Source: Nannocystis bainbridge (GTDB lineage Bacteria; Myxococcota_A; Polyangia; Nannocystales; Nannocystaceae). Taken from it: 64,000 nucleotides of DNA. Positions 9,151 to 19,488 of the stretch are shown here, piece by piece. Position 1 is the stretch's first letter. The number at the start of each line of letters is the position of its first letter. The stretch is taken from contig NZ_JAQNDL010000003.1 of NCBI RefSeq assembly GCF_028368995.1, positions 2,752,001-2,816,000 of the forward strand, written 5' to 3'. The notes under the pieces were generated by a model. The model did no database searches. It was not told where the DNA came from and worked only from the letters and a program-made list of their open reading frames with translations. The position numbers and the translations under genes were made by a program.

Positions 9151-10230
9151 ATGCCCGCCACTCTGACGCTGGAGCAGATCCAGCGCCTGCCGAAGACCGA
9201 CCTGCACGTCCACCTCGACGGCTCGATGCGGCTCGGCACGATCCTCGAGCTCGCGCGCGAGCGCGGCGTCAAGCTGCCGGCCGACACCCCCGAGGGGCTC
9301 GGCGCCGCCATGAACCTCGGGCAGAACGCCGGCAGCCTGGTCGCTTACCTCAAGGCGTTCGACGTCACCCTGCAGGTGCTGCAGGACGAGGAGGCCCTCT
9401 ACCGCGCCGCCTTCGAGCTCGCGGCCGACGCCGCCGCCGAGAACGTGCGCTACATGGAGGTCCGCTACTCGCCGATGCTGCACACCCGGCGCAAGCTCGG
9501 CCTCACCCGCGTGGTCGAGACCGTGCTGCGCGGCCTGCACGACGCCCAGCAGGCCCACAACATCGAGAGCAACTTGATCTTGTGCGGGATCCGCAACATC
9601 TCGCCCGAATCGTCGCTGCGGATGGCCGAGCTCGTGGTCGCCTACAAGAACCGCGGCGTCGTCGGTTTCGACCTCGCCGGCGCCGAGTACGACTACCCGC
9701 CCAAGGATCACCAGGAGGCCTTCAGCCTCGTCCGCCAGAACAATATCAACGTCACGATCCACGCCGGCGAGGCCTACGGTCCGGCCTCGATCGCGCAGGC
9801 GCTGCACGTGTGCGGCGCCCACCGGATCGGCCACGGCTGTCGCTTGCGCGAGGACGGCGACCTGCTCCGCTACGTAGTCGACCACCGGATCCCGCTCGAG
9901 TGTTGCCCGTCGTCGAACGTGCAGACCGGCGCCGTCAGCAGCATCGCCGAGCACCCGCTGCGCCTCTACTTCGACCTCGGCGCGCGCATCACCGTCAACA
10001 CCGACAACCGCCTTATCACCGACACCACCGTCTCGCGCGAGCTCCACCTGCTCCACACCGAGCTCGACTTCGACTTCGCCGCCCTCCGCCAGGTCATCCT
10101 CAACGGCTTCAAGAGCGCCTTCTTGCCGTATCACGAGAAGCGCAGGTTCATGCGCGCCACCGTGGCCGAGCTCGACGCGTTCGCGCGCGAGCACGACCTC
10201 GGCGAGACCGAGCCCGCCGACCCGGGCTGA
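9151..10230 (+). CDS. add: Adenosine deaminase
   Basis: LPKTDLHVHLDGS, TIHAGE, RIGHG, LECCPSSN and TVNTDN. Confidence 0.96.
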   Translation: MPATLTLEQIQRLPKTDLHVHLDGSMRLGTILELARERGVKLPADTPEGLGAAMNLGQNAGSLVAYLKAFDVTLQVLQDEEALYRAAFELAADAAAENVRYMEVRYSPMLHTRRKLGLTRVVETVLRGLHDAQQAHNIESNLILCGIRNISPESSLRMAELVVAYKNRGVVGFDLAGAEYDYPPKDHQEAFSLVRQNNINVTIHAGEAYGPASIAQALHVCGAHRIGHGCRLREDGDLLRYVVDHRIPLECCPSSNVQTGAVSSIAEHPLRLYFDLGARITVNTDNRLITDTTVSRELHLLHTELDFDFAALRQVILNGFKSAFLPYHEKRRFMRATVAELDAFAREHDLGETEPADPG

Positions 10231-10398
10231 CCGCGAGGCAGTCGACCGCTGGCTCGGCTTCGCCGGATCGGCGGGCGCGCCCGGGACCTGCGCCCGCGCT
10301 CCACGCGGCCGATCGACGGCGGTCGGCGGGCCGGGGCCTGTTCCCCTCGCGCGGCGGTGGTTCTGGCCAGCCGACGCCGATGCAGGCATCCTCGGAGG

Positions 10399-11862
10399 AT
10401 GGCGAGGCAGCGCGACTGGATTGGCTCGGTCATCCTCCTGTTCGGCTGCCAGGACCCGATCGGCATGGACGACACGGGGACTGGCGCGACCGATGCGACC
10501 ACCACGACGAGCATGCCCGGCCCCGGCTCGGAGTCGGCCTCGCAGACCAGCGTCACCGCATCGGAGACCGATCCACCGACGGGCACCGGACCTACGACCT
10601 CGGAGCTGCCCGGCACCACGATCGGCCCCTCGACCAGCACCGGCGAGGACACGAGCACGAGCACCGGTGGGCCGATCGCTTGCGACGAGCTCCTCGTCTT
10701 CGAGGGCCCGCTCGAGATCTTCGACGACACCGATCCGGCCAGCCTGGAATGCATCGTCGAGATCACCGGCGACCTGCTGATTCGGAACACCACGTCGCTG
10801 GTCTCCTTCGAGTCGCTGGGGAACCTGCAGCGGGTCGGCGGCAAGGTCCGGATCGAGAACAACGCCACGCTCGCGTCCCTCGACGGCCTCGCTAGCCTGC
10901 AGGTCGTCGAGGGCAAGAACACGACCCCGTTCATGTACATCTTCGACAACCCTTCGCTCACCGACATCAGCGACCTGCAGGCGCTGCGGCACGTCGGGCT
11001 GGTGAGCATCGCCGGGTGCGACGCGCTCACCGACCTCACGGGCCTCGCCGGGATCGTCGAGCCCGGCTGGAGCCTCCACCTCGGCGGCAACGCCGAGCTG
11101 AGCTCGCTCGCCAGCCTCGCAGGGATCACCGGCTTCAGCGGCAGCCTGGAGATCGGCTTCAACCCGAAGCTCGCCGACCTCGGCCCGCTCGCCGACATCC
11201 TCGCGCCGAACATGGCGCGGCTCAGCATCAGCGGCCTCCCGCTGCTCCCGGATCTCCAGGGGCTCGAGTCGGTCGAGACGCTCGGCTCGCTCGAGATCCG
11301 GGACAACCCCGGCCTCGTCGACCTCTCGGGCCTGGACGGTCTCTCGTCCGTGAGCGCCGACGCGTGGCTGGTCGGCAACGCCAAGCTCGCCAGCCTCGAC
11401 GGGCTCCAGGCGCTCACGGAGGTCGGCGGCCTGCAGATCGAGGGCCACCCGCAGCTGGCGTCCCTCGACGGGCTCCAGGCGCTCGCACAGGCCGCCCGCC
11501 TGCGGCTCGAGGACAACCCGAAGCTGACCAGCCTCACGGCGCTGGAGAGCCTGAACAGCATCAGCGAGCACCTCGAGATCGGCTACTGCGACGCGATGGG
11601 CAACGACGCCCTGATCGACCTGCACGGCCTCGAGAACCTCACCACCCTCGGCGGCCTGAGCCTCTACCAAAACGACGCCCTGCAGTCGATCGGCGCGCTC
11701 CCGCAGGGCATCGGGCTCGAGTTCCTGTGGGCGTTCAACAACCCGATGCTGCCGACTCCCATGCTGGAGGACTACGCCGCGGAGACCATGTCCGACCCAT
11801 CCTTCTCCCTGTGCAACAACGGCGGCGCGCCGGCGGCCTGCTTCTGCGTCATCCCCCCGTGA
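10399..11862 (+). CDS. Receptor L-domain / leucine-rich-repeat lipoprotein (paralog 1)
   Basis: LLFGC lipobox, Thr-rich linker, repeated LxIxxNxxLxSLDGLxxLxxV units. Confidence 0.88.
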   Translation: MARQRDWIGSVILLFGCQDPIGMDDTGTGATDATTTTSMPGPGSESASQTSVTASETDPPTGTGPTTSELPGTTIGPSTSTGEDTSTSTGGPIACDELLVFEGPLEIFDDTDPASLECIVEITGDLLIRNTTSLVSFESLGNLQRVGGKVRIENNATLASLDGLASLQVVEGKNTTPFMYIFDNPSLTDISDLQALRHVGLVSIAGCDALTDLTGLAGIVEPGWSLHLGGNAELSSLASLAGITGFSGSLEIGFNPKLADLGPLADILAPNMARLSISGLPLLPDLQGLESVETLGSLEIRDNPGLVDLSGLDGLSSVSADAWLVGNAKLASLDGLQALTEVGGLQIEGHPQLASLDGLQALAQAARLRLEDNPKLTSLTALESLNSISEHLEIGYCDAMGNDALIDLHGLENLTTLGGLSLYQNDALQSIGALPQGIGLEFLWAFNNPMLPTPMLEDYAAETMSDPSFSLCNNGGAPAACFCVIPP

Positions 11863-11954
11863 CGGCCGCGCTGGGCCGAGCCGCACCCGACGCAGAGCGC
11901 TCCGACCCCGGCATCGCACTCGCCTTCACCGCATCCCCGCCCCGCGTCAGGTCC

Positions 11955-12048
11955 GCCGTACACGAGGAGCGCCGGTGCGTGCGCGCCACCGTGACCGAGC
12001 TCGACGCGTTCGCTCGCGACGACCCTCTCGGTGAGACCGAGCCCGCCG
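11955..12048 (+). pseudogene. Degenerate duplicate of the 3' end of add
   Basis: Translates to HEERRCVRATVTELDAFARDDPLGETEPA, versus the add C-terminus HEKRRFMRATVAELDAFAREHDLGETEPA (10125-10219). Confidence 0.88.
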
Positions 12049-12177
12049 GCCTGCGACGGGTCGACCGCGAGACCCTTCGCACTCGCGCTCGCGCGTGCCG
12101 GTCTGCGGGCCCGCGGCGGCATCCGCCCCCCCCGACGCCGCTGGCCTCCCACGCGCCGATGCACCATCCTCGAGCGA

Positions 12178-13173
12178 ATGGCGACCCCGCGCGCGCTCCT
12201 TGGTTTGGGACTGTTTTTGTTCGGCTGCCAGAACCCCGGCGGCGAGACGGGCACCGGAGACACGGACGCCACGACTTCGACCTCGACGGTCCCCGGCACC
12301 GAGTCGGGCTCGCAGACCGGCGCCTCCGCGTCGGAGACCAGCGCTCCGACCAGCAGCACTTCGACCAGCGAAGACCCGACCCCCACGAGCGGCGAGGTCT
12401 CGACCACCCTGGTCTCGACCACCGTCGACACCTCCACCACCTTCGCCTCCACCACCGACGACACCTCCACCACCGAGCCGGGCACCACCGGCACCATGAT
12501 GGGCTGTGACGAGCCGGTCGTGTTCGAGGGCACCCTCACCATCACCGAGGCCACCGATTTGGCCGGCCTCGAGTGCATCGTCGAGATCACCGGCGACCTG
12601 CATGTCCAACACACCCTGACGCTGGCCTCGTTCGCCGAGCTGGGCAACTTGAAGCTCGTCGGCGGTTTGATCGTGTTCGAGTCGAACGCCCTGCTCCCCA
12701 ACCTCGACGGCCTCAAGAGCCTGGAGAGAGCCCAGGGGCTGATCTTGATCAACAACCCGCAGCTCACCAGCTTCGACGGGCTGGAGTCGCTGACGCAGCT
12801 CGGCAACCTGAAACTCGAGTCCAACCATGCGCTGACGAACGTCAAGGCGCTGACCAACCTCGAGATCCTCGAGAGCCTCGAGGTCGGCGTATGCGGGGGT
12901 GATGGCAACGACGCGCTGGTCGATCTCCAGGGCCTCGAGAACCTCACCGCGCTCGACTCCTTGACCTTCGACAGCAACGACGGCCTGAAGTCGATCGACG
13001 CCCTGCCGCACGACATCGGCCTCACCTGGCTCGCGGCCCACAACAACCCGCAGCTGCCGGCGGCGATGCTCGAGGCGTACCTCGCGGAGACCATGCTGGA
13101 CCCGGAGGATCAGCTCTGCGGCAACGCCGACATGCCGCCGCCGGGCCTGTGCGGCTGCACCATCCCGCCGTGA
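12178..13173 (+). CDS. Receptor L-domain / leucine-rich-repeat lipoprotein (paralog 2, fewer repeats)
   Basis: FLFGC lipobox; shares GCDE..VFEG.L.I, LECIVEITGDL, GNDAL.DL.GLENLT and the terminal IPP with paralog 1. Confidence 0.88.
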   Translation: MATPRALLGLGLFLFGCQNPGGETGTGDTDATTSTSTVPGTESGSQTGASASETSAPTSSTSTSEDPTPTSGEVSTTLVSTTVDTSTTFASTTDDTSTTEPGTTGTMMGCDEPVVFEGTLTITEATDLAGLECIVEITGDLHVQHTLTLASFAELGNLKLVGGLIVFESNALLPNLDGLKSLERAQGLILINNPQLTSFDGLESLTQLGNLKLESNHALTNVKALTNLEILESLEVGVCGGDGNDALVDLQGLENLTALDSLTFDSNDGLKSIDALPHDIGLTWLAAHNNPQLPAAMLEAYLAETMLDPEDQLCGNADMPPPGLCGCTIPP

Positions 13174-13224
13174 GCCGCGCGCGGGCGACGGACGCGAGGC
13201 TTCCCCGCGTCCGCGTCCCCCGAA

Positions 13225-13779
13225 TCACGGCACCTGCACGTATACGTAGTCGTGCCCCGGATGGTCGGCGTCGCTGCCGGCCGCCTGATGGCAGGTGACG
13301 CACACGCTCATCGCCGGTCCGGCGTCGCCGAGGCCGTCGGCCACGATCCCGTCGGCGTCGTGAGGCGCCGGATGATCGGACGGTACCTCCTCATACCAGT
13401 ACCAGCTGCCGCCGTCGGTCCCTGGTTTCACGTGGCGGTAGACCGCGTAGCCGATGATCGCGGCCCCGTCGGCGTCGTACAGCTCCTTCACCGCCGCCGA
13501 CCCGACCGGGTACTCGCCGTCGCCGTGCATCGCCAGCGCGTCGTTGCTGCAGATCCGCTGCTTTCCGTGCGGCGACACCCCGATCGTCGCGTCGTGGGCG
13601 CTGGCCTCGCAGGCCGCCCATTGTTTGTAGTGGCCCTCCGCCAACCATTCGCGCATCGCCACCTTCCCGCTGGTCGGCGGCACCTGGGCCGTGTCGTCGG
13701 GGCTGTCGGTCGTGCTGCTGCCGTCGTCGCCGCAGCCGGCGAGCAGCGCGAAGGCGATGAGACATGTCCAGATCTTCAT
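13225..13779 (-). CDS. Cytochrome P460-family c-type heme lipoprotein
   Basis: LLAGC lipobox; YPVGSAAVKEL; GSWYWYE; C-terminal heme motif CVTCH followed by DYVY. Confidence 0.75.
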   Translation of the reverse strand: MKIWTCLIAFALLAGCGDDGSSTTDSPDDTAQVPPTSGKVAMREWLAEGHYKQWAACEASAHDATIGVSPHGKQRICSNDALAMHGDGEYPVGSAAVKELYDADGAAIIGYAVYRHVKPGTDGGSWYWYEEVPSDHPAPHDADGIVADGLGDAGPAMSVCVTCHQAAGSDADHPGHDYVYVQVP

Positions 13780-13965
13780 GAAGTCCTCCTGTCGAGATTG
13801 CCGCGCGACCTCCGGGTCGCCGAGCACCAACGGGGAGCCGCGCCTGGTGTTACGCGAATTCTCCGGCGCCAGAAGAAATCACGGCCGGATGCGCCGGCGC
13901 GACCGCGCCCCCTTCGAGCGCTTGTCAACCTCGCGCCGCCTTGCTAACCCACCAGGCGGTCCGCC

Positions 13966-15207
13966 TTGGTCACCCCGATCGCCCGCTACGCGCCTGCCCT
14001 CTTCGACCTCGCCCAGGACATCGTCGGCGGCCTCCCGCTGCGCCTGCTCGAGCAGTGGTGGGCCAGCGAGCAGACCGAGGCCGACGCGCTGCGCCTGCTC
14101 GCCGCCTGCAGGGTCACCGGCTACAACGTCGTCTCCGACGCCGCCGGCCTGACGCGCCTGACCGCCGAGCGCGGGTTGATGGAGATCCTCGCCATCATCG
14201 ATCAGCCCAAGGCGATCGTCCACGATCACGGACTCGCGCTCGGCGGCGAGAGCGTCGGGATCTGGGCCGCCGACAACACCCAGATGTTCTACCCCGCCGC
14301 GCTCGCGCCCGAGCGCCTGCTCGCCTCGCTGCTCGCCGTGCAGGACCAGGTCGCCCGCCGCTGCGCCATCAAGATCGGCCTCGCCGCCCACTTCGGCGAG
14401 TTCTACGGCGCCGGCGGCGGCCTGTACGGCGACGCCTCCGACGCGATCGAGGCGTTCGCCGAGGACCACGTCGCCGGCGGCGAGATCGTCGTCAGCCAGG
14501 CCGTCGTCGCTCGCCTGCCGCCCGCGCACGGCTTCACCCTCGCGCCCATCGGCGACACCGCCGCGCTCGAGCGGCTGTGGCGCGTCGTCGACGGTCCGCG
14601 CCTGTCCCTCGAGACAGCAACGACTCGGCGCTACCCGATCCCCTACTCGGACGCTTTTTATGCCGACCTCGTGCGCTTCGAGGGTCGCCTCGGCGATCCG
14701 GAGCTCGCGCGCGAGATGACCGCCAAGTACACCCGGCACAAGGTCGTGGTCCTGATCGAGCGTCACGCCCAGGACGCCGAGAGCCAGGCGATCGCGCTGT
14801 TCACCAACCTCTCGCTGTCGGCGCGGATGAAGGACGTCGGCCTGCGTCACCTCGACGGCGACCACGGGGCCGAGGTCAAGGTCAGCGGGCCGCTCGGGAT
14901 CTACACCTTCGACGATCCGGCGCGCGCCCTGGCGTTCGCCCGCGGCTTCCGCGGCGAGCTCGCGGACGCCGGCATCGATTGCCGGATCGGCGTCGACCAG
15001 GGCCCCGTGCTGGTGTTCGACCTCGCCGGCGGCGGCAAGGACATCGCCGGCATGCCGGTCAACATCGCCTCGAAAATGGCCCAGGACTGCGGCGAGTGGG
15101 GCAAGCTGTACCTCAGCGATCGCGTGCACGCCGGCCTCGAAGTCCCCGAGTTCCGCGAGCGCCGCTTCACCGTCTCGGGCCTGCAGCTGCGCGCCTTCGA
15201 GGGCTGA
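13966..15207 (+). CDS. Class III nucleotide cyclase-like protein with two tandem degenerate cyclase domains
   Basis: VVSDAAGLTRLT, KIGLAAHFGEF and GGEIVVSQAV in the first half; CRIGVDQGPV, DIAGMPVNIASKMAQ and GKLYLS in the second half. Confidence 0.75.
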   Translation: MVTPIARYAPALFDLAQDIVGGLPLRLLEQWWASEQTEADALRLLAACRVTGYNVVSDAAGLTRLTAERGLMEILAIIDQPKAIVHDHGLALGGESVGIWAADNTQMFYPAALAPERLLASLLAVQDQVARRCAIKIGLAAHFGEFYGAGGGLYGDASDAIEAFAEDHVAGGEIVVSQAVVARLPPAHGFTLAPIGDTAALERLWRVVDGPRLSLETATTRRYPIPYSDAFYADLVRFEGRLGDPELAREMTAKYTRHKVVVLIERHAQDAESQAIALFTNLSLSARMKDVGLRHLDGDHGAEVKVSGPLGIYTFDDPARALAFARGFRGELADAGIDCRIGVDQGPVLVFDLAGGGKDIAGMPVNIASKMAQDCGEWGKLYLSDRVHAGLEVPEFRERRFTVSGLQLRAFEG

Positions 15208-15587
15208 CGGGCCGCGCCGCGCGGTCGCCGATCTCACCCGCCTGCTCGGCGACGCCGACCCCCCCGTCCGCCGCCAGGCCGCGCTCGCGCTCGGCAATTG
15301 CGGCGCCGCTGCGTAATGTGCAGTGCCCGCATTGACCGACCTCGCCGCCGATCTCGATCCGCAAGGCCGACGAAGCGGTCGCCAAAACCGCAGCGTCACA
15401 ACTGTCACGATAGCGGTCACCACAATCGCCGCGGCCGTGCGCAGCGTGCTCCCCGCCACGCCGCAGACCCGCCTCAAACAGCCCTATTCTCCGGATTTGC
15501 GGCCTTCCAGCGCCGACGTCCGATCGCGGTCCGATGGGCCGAAGCGGGTCCGATCGAACAATCCAAGCCCATGCTATTCAATATTCC

Positions 15588-16445
15588 ATGTTCATCTCGA
15601 CACGTATTCACCTCTGCATCGTCGCCTCGACGCTCCTGGCGTGCACGTTCCAGAGCAAGCTCTACGACAGCGCGAGCGACCCTGCGAGCTCCGACACCGA
15701 AGGCGAGTCCTCGCAATCGCCGGGCGGCTCCGACGGCGAGAGCACCTATCAAGGTACCACCGACGAACCGGCCGCGACGGAGCCCGAGCCGGCCACGGCC
15801 ACGTCGTGGGTCGGGACCACCGACGCGGGCTGGACCTCCACCACCGACCCGACTTGGACCTCCACCACCGGCTTCTCGACCGACAGCCACGGCGAGACCA
15901 CCGCCGCCGTGACCACCGAATGGGAGACCGGCACCACCGGCGTCTCCTCCTCGTACACCACCTCAGCGCCGGAGGAGCCCGTGCCGTGCGAGGGCGAGGC
16001 CGAGCCGATCGACGCCGAGGTGCTGGCCTACCTCGAGTCGCAGATCGCCGCCGACCCGGACAGCGCCGGCACCACCGGCGAGGACGACGACCCGAACCTG
16101 CTTTACGTCCGCTTCTCGAGCGAGACCCACAGTTGCGCCGACCCACACGACCGCATCGGCTGCGGCCAACAATGGGAGCTGTCTGTGCGGATCCCCAGCG
16201 CCTTCCAGGCCCCGGGCCTCTATGCCCTCTCGTGGCCCGGCGTGTACGCCTTCGGCCTCGAGACCGACACTGACCAGGGCGGCGACAACTGTAGCAGCGG
16301 CGGCAGCGAGGCCAAGGGCACGCTCGAGATCATCGCCATCGACGGGGACAAGGTCGTCGGCCGCCTGTGCCACGTGAAGTGGTCGGGCTTCGGCAATGAC
16401 TTCGCGCTCGACGGCAAGTTCATCGCCCCGCGCTGCCCCGAGTGA
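15588..16445 (+). CDS. Putative lipoprotein, Thr-rich linker plus Cys-containing C-terminal domain
   Basis: STLLAC lipobox; Thr/Ser/Glu-rich linker; GTLEIIAIDGDKVVGRLC...FIAPRC. Confidence 0.8.
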   Translation: MFISTRIHLCIVASTLLACTFQSKLYDSASDPASSDTEGESSQSPGGSDGESTYQGTTDEPAATEPEPATATSWVGTTDAGWTSTTDPTWTSTTGFSTDSHGETTAAVTTEWETGTTGVSSSYTTSAPEEPVPCEGEAEPIDAEVLAYLESQIAADPDSAGTTGEDDDPNLLYVRFSSETHSCADPHDRIGCGQQWELSVRIPSAFQAPGLYALSWPGVYAFGLETDTDQGGDNCSSGGSEAKGTLEIIAIDGDKVVGRLCHVKWSGFGNDFALDGKFIAPRCPE

Positions 16446-16708
16446 GACGCGGCGACCTGCGGGCACGCGATCCTGTGATTCGCGTGTCCGCGCCGATGGC
16501 CGTGTGGGCATCCAGACCGCGCAAGATCTGGCGTTGGTGGCTCTCGAAGAGGCGCGGCGCTCCACGGCAGCGAATCACGGCACGCTCGTCAGGCCGTGGG
16601 CCTCGCCTGCCGGTCCCGGGACGGTGAGGCCGTGGCCATCGAGCGCAGCTGCTCGCCAGGTGTTGACGCTGCGCGTCAACGAGCAGCGGCTCTGACGTGA
16701 GCGCGGCT

Positions 16709-18118
16709 TCAGGCCGCCGCTGCTGCTGCCTGATCGGCGCGGCCGAGCAGCGCGTCTGCGGCCGGACCGATCACCCCGATCAGCGCGTCGCGGCACAGCG
16801 TCACCTGCTCGTCGGGCATCAGCCGCCCGTGCGCGCGCAGCAGCTCCGGATCGGCGTCTGCCGGCCACGGGCGGACGCCGACCGGCTCGCGCAGGGCCGC
16901 GGCGAACGCCTCGCGCACCGCCTCGCGCACCGCGGGCGAGCGGCCGAGGGCCCACTGCACGAACCGCCAGGCCAGCTGCGAGTGGCGGCCCTCGTCGACG
17001 GCGATCTGCCGCAGCACGCTGCGGACCACGTAGTCGCTGGTCTGGAACGCGGCGACCTGGGCCAGCAGGGCCGCCAGCGTCTCGCCGACGCAGCCCTCGC
17101 GCACCGCCGCGGCGGCCAGCGCCGGCAGGTCGCTGTCGCCGAGCGCATCGGACATGTCCAAACGGCCAGGTCCCATCGGGCTGCCCGCGTACGCGCCCGC
17201 CAGCGCGTAGCAGGCGCGCGCGTGTGCGATCTCGTCGGCCATCGCCCGCTGCGCCCCGTCGACCAGCGACGCCGGCGCGCCGATGGCCAGCAGCTGCAGC
17301 GCGAAGCGGGCGAACGAGGCCACCGACGCGTGCTCCTCGGCCGCCGTCGCGCCCCACAGCTCGGCCAGCGCGGCGCGGGTCGGCTCGTCGAGGCCCGTGA
17401 GCGACGGCAAGATCTGACCCTGCCAGTCGCTGCGGCGCAGGCTCGGCGCCACCCGGCCCGCGCCCTCGACCATGAACGGCCGGCCCTCGCACACCATCCC
17501 GTCGCCGTGGGCGACGAAGTAGCAGCACTGGTCCGGAGCGGCCGGCATCGGGTCCGGCCCGCACTGCACGGTCAGATCGGTGTAACTGCAGAACGGGTCG
17601 CCGGTGGCCGCCGCGTTGGCCCAGCTCTGGCTGCACGCCTCGTCGCAGGCGGCGCAGTCGGCCAGGCCGTCGGGCACCGGGAAGCACACGTACTTCTGCA
17701 TCAGCCCCGGCGGCGGCGGCTCGCACGTGAACTCGCCCGGCTCGTCGGTGGTCCCGGGCTCGCCCGTCGTCGTCGTCGTGCTCGTCGTCGTGCCGCTGGT
17801 CTCGCCGGTCGTGCTGGTGGTCTCCTCGCCGGTGATCGTGTTCGGCGTCGTCGTCGTGCCCGGCGCGGTCGTGGCCTCGCTCGTCGAGGTCGTCACGCCC
17901 TCCGTGGTGGCCGTCAATTCGCCCGGGTCATCGGTCGTGCCGGTGAGCGGCCCCGACGTCACTGCGCCGGTGGTCGAAGTGGTCGAGCTGGTCGAGGTCG
18001 ATTCGGGTTCGGTCCCCGCGTTCGTCTCGCTGCTCGCGCCCCCGCAGGCGGCCACCAGCCCCAGCGCCGCCATCAGCTCGACATAGAAGGCGCGGGTCAC
18101 GGCAAAGTGGGAGCGCAT
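16709..18118 (-). CDS. Ferritin-like di-iron domain lipoprotein
   Basis: LVAAC lipobox; Thr-rich linker; Cys-rich segment; EEHASVASF, DEIAHA, EGCVGET and DEGRH carboxylate/His motifs. Confidence 0.85.
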   Translation of the reverse strand: MRSHFAVTRAFYVELMAALGLVAACGGASSETNAGTEPESTSTSSTTSTTGAVTSGPLTGTTDDPGELTATTEGVTTSTSEATTAPGTTTTPNTITGEETTSTTGETSGTTTSTTTTTGEPGTTDEPGEFTCEPPPPGLMQKYVCFPVPDGLADCAACDEACSQSWANAAATGDPFCSYTDLTVQCGPDPMPAAPDQCCYFVAHGDGMVCEGRPFMVEGAGRVAPSLRRSDWQGQILPSLTGLDEPTRAALAELWGATAAEEHASVASFARFALQLLAIGAPASLVDGAQRAMADEIAHARACYALAGAYAGSPMGPGRLDMSDALGDSDLPALAAAAVREGCVGETLAALLAQVAAFQTSDYVVRSVLRQIAVDEGRHSQLAWRFVQWALGRSPAVREAVREAFAAALREPVGVRPWPADADPELLRAHGRLMPDEQVTLCRDALIGVIGPAADALLGRADQAAAAAA

Positions 18119-18432
18119 GCGGGAAACCTAGCCAAGCCCTGCCGGGCACGCCACCGGGCTCATGCGATTCGCGCCACCACCCGCGCCCCGTGTTCGCCCG
18201 CCCTCCGTCGATCACATCCGGTGCCGTGAAGCAGGCCCACGAAATGCGGCGCTCGTCACCAGTTCGCGCAGTTGCGCGCACCTGTCCCTTCGGACATCCG
18301 AGTGGGCCCGATCGCAACGCTCGCATGGGTAAAAGCAACGTGTTTCAACCGACCTCGTCGGCAGTCGCCGGGGCCGGCACCCACGTTCGCGGGCCCGATC
18401 TCTCCGGCACCTCGCTCGTCGCCGCCAGCGAG

Positions 18433-19488
18433 CTACGCGGTCGCGTCCGTCGTCTCGCACGCGGACGGCGTCGCGTCCGGCGCTCGGATAGCTCTCGTCG
18501 CTGCGCTCGCGTCACTCGCCTCGTCCGTCGCGGATGTCGCGGCCGTCACATCCGTCGCGGCGATCGTCTCCGTCGTGGCGAGCACCTCCGTCGCGGCGAT
18601 CGTCTCCGTCATCGCCTCGCTCGCGACGCCGGACCCGATCGTCTCGAACGTCGGCGCAGCGAACGCCAGGCGACGGCGCATCACCTCGATCGCCTCCGGG
18701 TTCTGGTCGACCAGCACCACGTCGCGACCGTGGCGCAGCGCCGCCTCGCCGAAGCTGCCGCTGCCGGCGAAGAAATCGAGCAGCAGCTCGCCCGGGCGCG
18801 AGTGCACCTGGACGATGCGCTCGAGGATCTTGAGCGGCTTCTGCGTCGGATAGCCCGTCTTCTCGCGGCCTTGCGGGCTGACGATGGTCTGCCACCACAC
18901 GTCGGTCGGCGTCTTGCCGCGGGCCGCCTTCTCCGGCCCGACCAGGCCCGGGGCCATGTACGGGATGCGGTCGATCGCCTCGTACTCGAACGTGTAGCGC
19001 GCGGGATCGCGGGCGTACCACAGGATGTTGTCGTGCTTGGCCGACCAGCGGGACTTCGAGCGGCCGCCGTAGTCGTACGACCACACGATCTCGTTCATGA
19101 AGCACTCGCGGCCGAAGATCTGGTCGCAGGCGATCTTCGCGTAGTGGACCTCGCGATAGTCGAGGTGGAGGAAGAAGCTGCCGTCGGCCGTCAGCAGCCG
19201 GTGCGCCTGCTCGAGGCGGGGCCACAGGAACTCGAGGTAGTCGTCGAACACGTCGGCGTAGCGGCGCTCGCCGAGCTTGATCGTGCGGTAGCGCTGGCCC
19301 TTGAAGCCGGTGCGGTCACCCTCGGCGTCGCGCACCGTCTTGAGCTGCGCCCGCCGCTGGGTCTGGCCGGTGTTGAACGGCGGGTCGATGTAGATCAACG
19401 AGAACCCGCCCGCGGGCAGGTCCGGCAGCACTTCCATGTTGTCCGCGAGCACGACCCGCGCGCGCGGTCGCGCCGCCGCGTCGCTCAC
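18433..19488 (-). CDS. Site-specific DNA methyltransferase (N6-adenine/N4-cytosine, beta class), orphan
   Basis: Catalytic IYIDPPF precedes SAM-binding LLDFFAGSGS; YPTQKP; GTG start overlaps the upstream TGA; low-complexity Thr/Ala tail. Confidence 0.92.
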   Translation of the reverse strand: MSDAAARPRARVVLADNMEVLPDLPAGGFSLIYIDPPFNTGQTQRRAQLKTVRDAEGDRTGFKGQRYRTIKLGERRYADVFDDYLEFLWPRLEQAHRLLTADGSFFLHLDYREVHYAKIACDQIFGRECFMNEIVWSYDYGGRSKSRWSAKHDNILWYARDPARYTFEYEAIDRIPYMAPGLVGPEKAARGKTPTDVWWQTIVSPQGREKTGYPTQKPLKILERIVQVHSRPGELLLDFFAGSGSFGEAALRHGRDVVLVDQNPEAIEVMRRRLAFAAPTFETIGSGVASEAMTETIAATEVLATTETIAATDVTAATSATDEASDASAATRAIRAPDATPSACETTDATA

